64,000 nucleotides of DNA, taken from the NCBI GenBank assembly GCA_003566885.1, contig PXBO01000068.1:5313-69312 (forward strand), read 5' to 3'. The notes beneath the pieces were generated by a model. That model was not told the origin of the DNA. It made no database searches and was given only the letters and a program-made list of their open reading frames with translations. Positions 56,429-64,000 of this stretch are shown piece after piece. The translations under genes and the position numbers were made by a program. Every line of letters begins with the position of its first letter. The stretch's first letter is position 1. The DNA comes from Opitutia bacterium (GTDB lineage: Bacteria; Verrucomicrobiota; Verrucomicrobiia; Opitutales; T3Sed10-336).

Positions 56429-57004
56429 TCAGGTTTTTTCGAGCGTGTATTCGGCGGCCCGGTGGTGCACCGGGCCGTTGGCTTGCAGGTAGCTCACCCA
56501 AAGGGAAAAAGCGTCCACTCGAAAGGGACCGGCGGTGTAGTCGCGGTTCTGTTTGAGGAATTGGTTGACGCTGCCGGCGGGTGTGGATTTTAGCCGGGCC
56601 AGCGTGATGTGGGGGTGAAATCTTCGGGTTTCTGGCTCCAGGCCGGCGGCGATAACCGTTTCTTCCACCTTGCCTTGCAACTGGAATAATCGAGGGTGTC
56701 CGGAGCCGACTCCGGCCCAGAAAACGCGGGGGACTCCGCGCGGAGGAAACCGGCCGACGCTTTCGGGAGTCAGGAGGAACGATTCGACCGCGATGCGTCC
56801 GAGACCTTCGGCCAGGCGCCGGACGGTTTCGGGATCGGCGCCGCCGATGTAGCGGAGCGTCAGGTGCATCTGGTCGCGCGGCGTCCAACGGATCCCGGAT
56901 GCCTCGATTCGCAGCGCCGCCAGGTCGTCCCTGATCGCATCGGGGAGAGTCACGGCGACAAACCAACGTCCTCCCGGAGCAAACAACGATTGGTCGATCT
57001 CCAT
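56429..57004 (-). CDS. thpR: RNA 2',3'-cyclic phosphodiesterase (2H family, LigT/ThpR)
   Basis: 191 aa with the two H-x-T-x motifs, HLTLRYIG and HITLARL. Confidence 0.85.
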   Translation of the reverse strand: MEIDQSLFAPGGRWFVAVTLPDAIRDDLAALRIEASGIRWTPRDQMHLTLRYIGGADPETVRRLAEGLGRIAVESFLLTPESVGRFPPRGVPRVFWAGVGSGHPRLFQLQGKVEETVIAAGLEPETRRFHPHITLARLKSTPAGSVNQFLKQNRDYTAGPFRVDAFSLWVSYLQANGPVHHRAAEYTLEKT

Positions 57005-57193
57005 ACTTCACGACTACCGAGGTCTCCGTTTGAAATCAATAATGTCGCGCCGATGCTATTTAATCCCTGATTCCTGAAATCTTGCGCAAAACGCGCAACA
57101 CTTCATGGAGGGCAATGCTCCGTCGTTGCCGCAAACCGTGCCGGACGGAAACGGCCGCGGGTTCCGGTCGGTACGTACCAAACGTCAGGAACA

Positions 57194-57241
57194 CCGGACC
57201 CTGCGGCGGCGCGGGAGCGCCGCCCTCCGGACACCTTTTTT
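57194..57241 (+). terminator. Plus-strand terminator-like hairpin with a T6 tract and no annotated upstream plus-strand gene
   Basis: The inner stem GGCGGCGC-GGGA-GCGCCGCC (57205-57224) is nested in CCGGA...TCCGG (57194-57230). ACACC and TTTTTT (57236-57241) follow. The reverse complement has no U-tract. Confidence 0.4.
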
Positions 57242-57278
57242 AATACCTGCTCCGCCGGGTTAGGACCGGTGTCACGAG

Positions 57279-57314
57279 AAAAGGGCGCGGATTGAAGTCC
57301 GCGCCCTTTTTTTT
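57279..57314. terminator. Bidirectional intrinsic terminator downstream of the Gfo/Idh/MocA gene
   Basis: The 9-bp stem GGGCGCGGA / TCCGCGCCC has a 6-nt loop and is flanked by AAAA (57279-57282) and T8 (57307-57314). On the minus strand it is followed by TTTTCTCG, 45 nt after the stop at 57359. Confidence 0.7.
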
Positions 57315-57358
57315 CGTCGGCGACAGGTCAGGTCGCCTCATCCCGAAGGATTTCGGCT

Positions 57359-58645
57359 TCAGGCGGTACCCGGAATGGGCGCGACTCCCTCTTCCGGGAG
57401 TTCGACGTCGTCGGCGTTTTCGAAATCCTCGGCCGTCGGGGTGATGGTGAGATTGTACCACTCCGAGTCGGTCCGTTCGGTCAGGTCGATCCAACGTACG
57501 ATGGCGCCGCTGTAGGCGGAAATGCGGCCCATAATGGCGGCGACCGTGGCGTCGGTCACCGCTTTGGTTTCGTTCACGCCCTCTTCCTCGAGGATGCTCT
57601 CGAGCAGCGCCACGTGCTCCTGGACCATGCTGTTGTCATGTCCGGCCACTTCCGGCAGCGTGACCTCGCGGCCGTCGAATCGGGCGATCCGGCTGCCTCC
57701 GATCACGGTTCCTTCGGTGCCGGTAAGCCATTCGCCAACCCGGGTGTAGGTTCCGTTGATTTGGCGGCAAATACTGTGGATATTGCAGTCTTCGCCGTAA
57801 TCGAGATCGACGCTGAAGAAGTCGTAGAGGTTCCCGGTGCGGCGCCGCGCGCGGCCGCCGAAGCCCAGCGCGATGCGCGGGTTGCGTCCGACGAACCAGC
57901 TGGCCACGTCGATATTGTGCATGTGTTGTTCGACGATGTGGTCGCCGGAGGTTTCCAGGAAGTTCACCCAGTTCCGGGCCATGTACATGGCGTTGGACTC
58001 GCCGTCGCGCCGGTCGCGGACCCAAAGCTGGTTCTGGTTCCACATGACCCGTCCGCCGACGATGTTGCCGATGGCGCCGTCATGGATCGCCTGGGCCAGA
58101 GCCTTGTAGCGGCGGTCGTGGCGGCGCTGGGTGCCGGCCACCACCGAGAGGCCTTTACGGCTGGCCTCTTCCCCAATGGCATACATGCGCCGCGCTCCCG
58201 GCGCGTCAACTGCGACCGGTTTTTCGATAAAGCAATGGCAATCGGCGGCGATCGCCGCTTCGAAATGGGCCGGGCGGAAATTGGGGGGAGCGCAGAGCAG
58301 AGCCACGTCCATGGGAACCTCAAACAGTTTGCGGTAGCCGTCGAAGCCCACGAAACGGTGTTCCTCGGGAACGCCGAATTGGTTGCCGGCCTGGTTGACC
58401 GAGGATTCCTGGACGTCAGCCACCGCCACGAAACGAATTTCGACCCCGGCGACTTCGCCCGCCTGGCGGATGTCGTTCATTGCGCCCCGGCCGCGTCCGC
58501 CGACACCCACCGCTCCGACCCGAATCACGGGCCGGCCGGCATTGTTGGCGGCGAATCCCGCCGCCGGCAAGACACTGAGCGCCGCTCCGGCGACCGTCAG
58601 GTTCTTGAGGAAATTGCGTCTGCTTTGTAGGTTCCTGTTCATCAT
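57359..58645 (-). CDS. Tat-exported Gfo/Idh/MocA-family oxidoreductase (glycoside 3-dehydrogenase-like)
   Basis: 428 aa. The twin-arginine signal is MMNRNLQSRRNFLKNLTVAGAAL. The Rossmann opening is IRVGAVGVGGRG and the EKP motif is CFIEKP. Confidence 0.9.
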   Translation of the reverse strand: MMNRNLQSRRNFLKNLTVAGAALSVLPAAGFAANNAGRPVIRVGAVGVGGRGRGAMNDIRQAGEVAGVEIRFVAVADVQESSVNQAGNQFGVPEEHRFVGFDGYRKLFEVPMDVALLCAPPNFRPAHFEAAIAADCHCFIEKPVAVDAPGARRMYAIGEEASRKGLSVVAGTQRRHDRRYKALAQAIHDGAIGNIVGGRVMWNQNQLWVRDRRDGESNAMYMARNWVNFLETSGDHIVEQHMHNIDVASWFVGRNPRIALGFGGRARRRTGNLYDFFSVDLDYGEDCNIHSICRQINGTYTRVGEWLTGTEGTVIGGSRIARFDGREVTLPEVAGHDNSMVQEHVALLESILEEEGVNETKAVTDATVAAIMGRISAYSGAIVRWIDLTERTDSEWYNLTITPTAEDFENADDVELPEEGVAPIPGTA

Positions 58646-58893
58646 ATTCTATCGGGTCGTGTAGGTTTTCGTATTTCGAAGGTGCCGGAGTCCGGAAAAT
58701 CCTGCGCCGGTACAGCCGCCAGGACATATCCTCGCGACTGGAAATGAATTGAAGATATTTCGTGCGGTAATGTCAACCAACCATGGAGTTCCCCTGGTGG
58801 AATTAACCGGAGCCGTGTTCTTTGCTATAAGTCGGCCGAATAATACTTTCGTGGTTGTCCTGTCGCGGTTTGTGGCGTTGATTGTTTGGTCCT

Positions 58894-60468
58894 ATGGAAC
58901 AGCGGCCAATTGTGGAGAAAATAAACGTTCGTGAAGCGACCCGCGACGATATCGAGGTGTTGGTCGAACTCAACCGGCTGGCCTATCCGGACCGTTCGGA
59001 GGAGAATGTGGTTTGGGGACGCAGCCATCTGATGAGCCACCTGCGGACCTTTCCCCAGGGGCAGTTGGTGGCGGAGATCAACGGGCGTGTGGTGGGAGGC
59101 GCTTCGGCGTTGATCGTCGACATGGGTCCGGAACCCCTGCGCCCGCACACCTGGGCGGGAGTGACCGACAGCGGGTATTTCACCAGTCACAACGCCAAAG
59201 GCGACACGCTTTATGCCGCCGACATCTACGTGCATCCGGATTTTCGCCGCCGCGGCGTGGCGAAGGCTTTGTACGCGGCCCGGAGGGAGCTGTGCCGCCG
59301 GTTCAATCTGCGCCGCATCCTGGCCGGCGGGCGTTTGTGGGGGTATGTCGAACACGCCGAACGATTCTCCCCCGAGGAGTACGCTGAGCGCGTGTCCGAA
59401 GGCGACCTGAGCGATCCCGTCCTTGGTTTTCAACTGGCGGAAGGCTTCGAGTTGAGGGGAATTCTTCCCAATTACGTGCGCGATCCCCGCGGAAAGAATT
59501 ACGCCCCGCTGCTGGAGTGGTTCAATCCCGATTACGCGGCCCCGGAGAAGGGGCGTCGCAAGGTGCGATTGGCCTGCGTTCAGTACCAGATGCGCAAGCT
59601 GGAATCCTTCGACGAATTCGCCCGGCAGGTGACCTATTTCGTGGACATTGCCGCCGACTACGGCAGCGATTTTATCCTCTTGCCAGAGTTCCTGACGGTG
59701 CAGCTTCTGTCCCAGACGGGAACCCTGACGCCCGGAGAGGGGATCAAGGAACTGGCGAAACTGACTCCGCGCTACAAGGAGCTGATGAGCAGTCTGGCCA
59801 CCAGTTACGGGATGACGCTGATATCCGGCAGCCACCCGGTTGAAGAGGGCGACCGGTTGCTCAATACCTGTTTCGTCTGCCTGCCGGACGGAAAGGTGGA
59901 GTGCCAGCCGAAGTTGCACATCACCCCCAACGAGCGGAAATGGTGGAAGATCAGCGGCGGCAAGAACCTCAGGGTTTTCAACACGCCGAAAGCGAAAATC
60001 GCCGTTTTGATCTGTTACGACATCCAGTTTCCCGAAGCCGCGCGTTACCTGGCGGACGAAGGAGTCGAGATCATTTTTGTGCCGTTCTGCACGGACAATC
60101 GACAGGGGTACCTGCGGGTGCGCTACTGCGCCCAGGCCCGTGCGATCGAAAACCAGGTGTACGTGGCCCTGGCCGGCACGGTGGGCAATTTGCCCGATGT
60201 CTCCAACATGGACGTGCAGTACGCCCAGTCCGCGGTGCTGACCCCCTCCGACTTCGCCTTCGCCCGCGACGCCATCGCTTCGGAGGCCGATTTCAACGAG
60301 GAGACCATCCTGGTGTGCGACGTGGATATCGATGACCTCTATGAGGCCCGCAGCCAGGGAACCGTCACCCCGTACCTGGACCGCCGGCGCGATCTGTTTC
60401 AATACACCTGCAAACTGGAACGCTCCGATCAGATCAGGCGTTCCCCGGTCGAAGGGCCTCTGGGGTAA
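58894..60468 (+). CDS. Bifunctional GNAT N-acetyltransferase / carbon-nitrogen hydrolase (nitrilase superfamily) protein
   Basis: The ATG at 58894 sits downstream of the TTG at 58882. The GNAT motif is HPDFRRRGVAKALY. The C-terminal CN-hydrolase region has VRLACVQY, LLPEF, and AVLICYDIQFPE with the catalytic Cys. Confidence 0.85.
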   Translation: MEQRPIVEKINVREATRDDIEVLVELNRLAYPDRSEENVVWGRSHLMSHLRTFPQGQLVAEINGRVVGGASALIVDMGPEPLRPHTWAGVTDSGYFTSHNAKGDTLYAADIYVHPDFRRRGVAKALYAARRELCRRFNLRRILAGGRLWGYVEHAERFSPEEYAERVSEGDLSDPVLGFQLAEGFELRGILPNYVRDPRGKNYAPLLEWFNPDYAAPEKGRRKVRLACVQYQMRKLESFDEFARQVTYFVDIAADYGSDFILLPEFLTVQLLSQTGTLTPGEGIKELAKLTPRYKELMSSLATSYGMTLISGSHPVEEGDRLLNTCFVCLPDGKVECQPKLHITPNERKWWKISGGKNLRVFNTPKAKIAVLICYDIQFPEAARYLADEGVEIIFVPFCTDNRQGYLRVRYCAQARAIENQVYVALAGTVGNLPDVSNMDVQYAQSAVLTPSDFAFARDAIASEADFNEETILVCDVDIDDLYEARSQGTVTPYLDRRRDLFQYTCKLERSDQIRRSPVEGPLG

Positions 60469-60541
60469 ATCGGCAATTACGGCTTTTTCCGGGAAAAATA
60501 CTTGCCAAGCGGGTGTTGGGGTCTTTTCTTGAGTAAATCAG

Positions 60542-61147
60542 GTGAAAAAGTCAAGTAACATTCATCCTATTTTCGATCAGGTCCTTACGCGTGAAGACAA
60601 GGAAAAGCGTACGGGGCAGCGCGCCCGTGTGATCTGGTTCTACGGTTTGTCTGGATCGGGAAAAAGCACGTTGGCGAACGCATTGGAACGGCGACTTTAC
60701 TCGGAAGGGTTTTTCACCGCCTTGCTCGACGGCGACAACGTGCGCGGCGGACTGAACGCCAATCTGGGGTTCTCCGATGAGGACCGCGACGAGAACATCC
60801 GGCGGATCGCCGAGGTGTCGAAGCTCTTCGTGCAGGCCGGCCTGATCGCCATCAATTCCTTCATCACTCCCTTGCGCCGCCAGCGGGAATCCGCCCGCGC
60901 CATTCTGGGGGAGGATCTGATCGAGGTGTACGTTCGCTGTTCCTTCGAAAAATGCGCGGAGCGCGACGTGAAAGGATTGTATGCCAAAGCGCGTGCCGGA
61001 GAAGTGGCCGCGTTTACCGGCAAGGACTCGTCCTTCGAAGAGCCGGAGACTCCCGACCTGGTGATCGAAACGGAGAAAAATAAGGTTGAGGAGAGCCTCG
61101 CCGAGGTTTACCGCTTTGTGCTTCCCGGGATCAAGGCCGGCGCCTGA
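60542..61147 (+). CDS. cysC: Adenylyl-sulfate (APS) kinase
   Basis: 201 aa with a GTG start. Motifs are the P-loop WFYGLSGSGKST, LDGDNVRGGLN and FSDEDRDENIRRIAEV. Confidence 0.9.
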   Translation: MKKSSNIHPIFDQVLTREDKEKRTGQRARVIWFYGLSGSGKSTLANALERRLYSEGFFTALLDGDNVRGGLNANLGFSDEDRDENIRRIAEVSKLFVQAGLIAINSFITPLRRQRESARAILGEDLIEVYVRCSFEKCAERDVKGLYAKARAGEVAAFTGKDSSFEEPETPDLVIETEKNKVEESLAEVYRFVLPGIKAGA

Positions 61148-61182
61148 TTCGGGCTTGGCTGGAACACTTTAGCAGATTGATT

Positions 61183-62088
61183 ATGACGTCGTACAACCTA
61201 ACTCATTTGCAGCAACTCGAAGCTGAAGCCATCTTCATCATGCGTGAAGTCGCGGCGCAGTTTGAGCGGCCGGTGCTTATGTTTTCCGGAGGCAAGGATT
61301 CCATTGTGATGGTCCGGTTGGCTCAGAAAGCGTTTCACCCGGCGCGCTTTCCGTTTCCTTTGCTGCACATCGATACCGGCCACAATTTCCCCGAAACGCT
61401 TGAGTTTCGCGACAACCTGGTGAACGAACTCGGCGAGCGCCTCATCGTGCGCACGGTGCAGGACTCCATCGACCAGGGACGGGTGGCCGAAGAGAAAGGG
61501 CCTAATGCCAGCCGCAACGCGTTGCAGACGGTGACGCTGCTCGATGCGATCGAGGAGTTTTCCTTCGACGCCGCCATCGGGGGCGCCCGCCGGGACGAGG
61601 AAAAGGCGCGGGCCAAGGAGCGTTTCTTCTCTCATCGCGACGAGTTCGGGCAATGGGATCCCAAGAATCAGCGACCCGAACTCTGGTACCTTTTCAACGG
61701 CAAGAAGAGCATCGGCGAGCACTTTCGAATCTTCCCGTTGAGCAACTGGACGGAAATGGATGTCTGGCAGTACATCGCCCGGGAAAACCTGGCCTTGCCC
61801 ACGATCTATTTTTCCCACGACCGTGAGATCGTCGCGCGCAACGGGATGATCCTGGCCAATTCCCCTCACATCACCTTAGGAGACAAGGAAAAGGTGGAAA
61901 CCCGGCGCGTGCGTTTTCGCACGGTGGGCGACATGACCTGCACCGGTGCGGTGGAGTCGGTGGCGCACTCCATCGACGACATCATCGCCGAGGTTGCCGC
62001 GGCCCGGGTCACCGAACGCGGTGGGCGGGCCGACGACAAACGTTCGGAAACCGCGATGGAGGACCGGAAAAAACAAGGATATTTCTAA
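61183..62088 (+). CDS. cysD: Sulfate adenylyltransferase subunit 2
   Basis: LQQLEAEAIFIMREVAA, the PAPS-reductase-fold motif FSGGKDS, HIDTGHNFPE and GARRDEEKARAKERFFS are present. I preferred the ATG at 61183. Confidence 0.9.
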   Translation: MTSYNLTHLQQLEAEAIFIMREVAAQFERPVLMFSGGKDSIVMVRLAQKAFHPARFPFPLLHIDTGHNFPETLEFRDNLVNELGERLIVRTVQDSIDQGRVAEEKGPNASRNALQTVTLLDAIEEFSFDAAIGGARRDEEKARAKERFFSHRDEFGQWDPKNQRPELWYLFNGKKSIGEHFRIFPLSNWTEMDVWQYIARENLALPTIYFSHDREIVARNGMILANSPHITLGDKEKVETRRVRFRTVGDMTCTGAVESVAHSIDDIIAEVAAARVTERGGRADDKRSETAMEDRKKQGYF

Positions 62089-63365
62089 TGAGCGACCAAG
62101 CGCAAAAACTCGAAGAAATGGATCTTCTCCGCTTTACCACGGCGGGCAGTGTGGACGACGGAAAAAGCACCCTGATCGGGCGTTTGATGTACGACACCAA
62201 GACGATCTTTGAGGATCAACTGGAGGCGATCGAAACGACCAGCCGCCAACGCGGCGACGAAAACGTCAATCTCGCCCTTCTGACCGATGGTCTCAAAGCC
62301 GAACGCGAGCAGGGAATCACCATCGATGTGGCCTACCGCTATTTCGCGACGCCCAAACGAAAGTTCATCATCGCCGACACGCCAGGCCACATCCAGTACA
62401 CCCGCAACATGGTGACCGGGGCGTCCACCGCCAACCTGGCCGTCATCCTGATCGACGCTCGCAAAGGGGTGGTGGAGCAGACCTGCCGTCACGCTTTTAT
62501 TGCGTCCCTGCTCAATATTCAGCACGTGGCGCTCTGTGTGAACAAAATGGACCTTGTCGATTATGACGAGTCCGTTTACGACGCCATCGTCAAGCGATTC
62601 CGCGAGTTCGCCTCGCGACTCAACATCAACGACATCGCCTTTTTCCCGATCAGCGCCCTGAAAGGCGATAACGTGGTGGAAAAGTCGGAAAACATGGCCT
62701 GGTACAAGGGGCCCTCGCTGCTTTACCATCTGGAGAGTGTTTACGTCGGCAACGATCACAACCACGTGGACGCCCGGTTCCCGGTCCAATGGGTGGTTCG
62801 CCCCCAGTCCGACAAATATCACGATTTCCGCGGTTTCGCCGGCAAGGTGGCCGGAGGTGTGTTCAAGCCGGGCGATGAAGTGACGGTACTGCCGTCCGGA
62901 TTCTCCAGCCGTATCAAAACGATACATACGTTCGAAGGCGAGATCGAGGAAGCCTTCGCTCCCATGTCGGTCACCATTACTCTGGAGGATGAAATCGACA
63001 TCAGCCGGGGTGACATGATCGTCAAGCCGAACAACCGTCCCGAGGCTCAGCAGGACCTGGAAATGATGATTTGCTGGTTCAACGAAAAAAAGCTCAAGCC
63101 AGGCGGAAAATACGAGATTCGGCACACCACCCAGGATGCCAAGGCTCTGATCAAGGAGGTGCGCTACAAGGTAAACATCAACACCCTCCACAAGATCGAG
63201 GATGATCTGGAGGTGGGTCTCAACGATATCGCGCGGGTGAGCGTGCGCGCGTCGCGACCGCTTTTTACCGACAGCTACCGCAAGAACCGCCTTACCGGCA
63301 GCGTCATCCTGGTCGATCCGTTCACACACGAAACGGTGGCGGCGGGCATGATCGTGCACCGATGA
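62088..63365 (+). CDS. cysN: Sulfate adenylyltransferase subunit 1 (GTPase)
   Basis: The start overlaps the cysD stop (TAATG). G1 is GSVDDGKST, G3 is DTPGH and G4 is NKMD. At 425 aa it has no fused APS-kinase domain. Confidence 0.9.
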   Translation: MSDQAQKLEEMDLLRFTTAGSVDDGKSTLIGRLMYDTKTIFEDQLEAIETTSRQRGDENVNLALLTDGLKAEREQGITIDVAYRYFATPKRKFIIADTPGHIQYTRNMVTGASTANLAVILIDARKGVVEQTCRHAFIASLLNIQHVALCVNKMDLVDYDESVYDAIVKRFREFASRLNINDIAFFPISALKGDNVVEKSENMAWYKGPSLLYHLESVYVGNDHNHVDARFPVQWVVRPQSDKYHDFRGFAGKVAGGVFKPGDEVTVLPSGFSSRIKTIHTFEGEIEEAFAPMSVTITLEDEIDISRGDMIVKPNNRPEAQQDLEMMICWFNEKKLKPGGKYEIRHTTQDAKALIKEVRYKVNINTLHKIEDDLEVGLNDIARVSVRASRPLFTDSYRKNRLTGSVILVDPFTHETVAAGMIVHR

Positions 63366-63375
63366 CAGGAACGGA

Positions 63376-64000
63376 ATGAGCTGGATTTCGGTCTGGGGGC
63401 TGGCTGCCCGGCCGCGAACGTTGCCGGCCGCCGCCGCTCCCGTACTCGTCGGGACCGCGCTGGCGGTCTCCGACGGCGTGTGGCAGTCAGGGGCGTTCTT
63501 GTTCTGCCTGGTATTCGCTCTGCTGGTACAGATTGGGACCAATTACGCCAACGATTATTTCGATTTCATCAAGGGAGCGGATTTTGCCGGACGTCTCGGT
63601 CCCGCCCGCGCCACCGCGGAGGGGTTCGTTCGACCGAACGTCATGCGCCGCGCCGCCTTCACTGCGTTCGGGCTCGCTTTCCTGGCAGGCCTGCCCCTGA
63701 TCGCCTTTGGAGGCTGGTGGTTGCTCCCCATCGGGGTGATCTGCATTTTATGCGGCCTCGCCTACACCGCGGGCCCCTGGCCGCTGGCTTACACCGGATT
63801 GGGGGATGTGTTTGTTTTCGTGTTTTTCGGGGTGGTGGCGGTCACCGTCACCTATTACGTTCATACCGGAGTGGTCACCGGAGCGGCCTTCACGGTTTCC
63901 ATTCCGGTCGGCGCGCTGATCACCAATGTATTGGTGGTGAACAATCTGCGCGATCGACGCACCGACGGTCTGGCGGGAAAAAAAACTCTGGCCGTCCGTT
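63376..64000 (+). CDS. menA: 1,4-dihydroxy-2-naphthoate polyprenyltransferase (partial, runs off the window)
   Basis: My own translation from the ATG at 63376 reads MSWISVWGLAARPRTLPAAAAPVLVGTALA...LLVQIGTNYANDYFDFIKGAD, a UbiA-superfamily MenA signature. There is no stop before position 64000. It is not in the ORF track because it is incomplete. Confidence 0.8.
   Translation, partial: MSWISVWGLAARPRTLPAAAAPVLVGTALAVSDGVWQSGAFLFCLVFALLVQIGTNYANDYFDFIKGADFAGRLGPARATAEGFVRPNVMRRAAFTAFGLAFLAGLPLIAFGGWWLLPIGVICILCGLAYTAGPWPLAYTGLGDVFVFVFFGVVAVTVTYYVHTGVVTGAAFTVSIPVGALITNVLVVNNLRDRRTDGLAGKKTLAVR

Noticed and set aside
57105-57263. 52-aa plus-strand ORF (MEGNAPSLPQTVPDGNGRGFRS...) in the thpR / oxidoreductase spacer
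   Set aside because: It has no RBS and is Arg-rich. It also reads through the terminator-like hairpin and T-tract at 57194-57241, so it is inconsistent with that signal. An ncRNA or no gene is more likely.
57614-58630. 338-aa plus-strand ORF
   Set aside because: Antisense to the Tat-signal Gfo/Idh/MocA oxidoreductase.
58825-60402. 525-aa minus-strand ORF
   Set aside because: Antisense to the GNAT/CN-hydrolase gene, whose frame has the catalytic motifs.
62085-63542. 485-aa minus-strand ORF
   Set aside because: Antisense to cysN (GTPase motifs G1/G3/G4 are in the plus frame) and to the start of menA.

Overview
High-GC bacterial chromosomal window. Hand-counted 60-nt lines give about 68% G+C in the 40 kb region, dropping to about 45-55% in two patches. 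Gene content looks Verrucomicrobiota/PVC-like; this is an inference from PEP-CTERM, DUF1080-ThuA, LTD-CotH, a BatA/MoxR operon and a b558-type SDH. I support about 45 protein genes and one tRNA-Ser(CGA). I saw no rRNA, CRISPR array, transposase or integrase. Recognisable blocks are: (1) hemicellulose and sugar uptake genes (GH51 arabinofuranosidase, SSF symporter, galM, GH10 xylanase); (2) housekeeping genes (trpF, nadK, sdhCAB, cysC-cysD-cysN, menA, thpR); (3) many secreted or envelope proteins, including a 1760-aa LTD-PA14-CotH protein, a PEP-CTERM protein, TPM-domain proteins, a Zn metalloprotease and two DUF1080-ThuA fusions. The most interesting region is a seven-gene minus-strand operon at 33141-47115: MoxR AAA+, DUF58, BatA-N/vWA, vWA/GATase-like, a 935-aa membrane coiled-coil protein, DUF4159, and a terminal 1453-aa fusion. 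Three consecutive junctions in it are ATGA start/stop overlaps. The terminal protein combines a monothiol thioredoxin-like domain, a long HEAT array, a CxxC thioredoxin-like domain and a CcdA/DsbD-type 6-TM thiol-electron conduit. This suggests a Bat-like envelope system wired directly to periplasmic reducing power. Other points worth a second look are tRNA-Ser surrounded by three fragments of itself, a lower-GC operon of secreted proteins, paralogous GYF-domain membrane proteins flanking nadK, an orphan plus-strand terminator or sRNA candidate, and an unexplained 455-bp gap upstream of the CotH gene. The many long ORFs antisense to real genes are high-GC shadow ORFs and were rejected.
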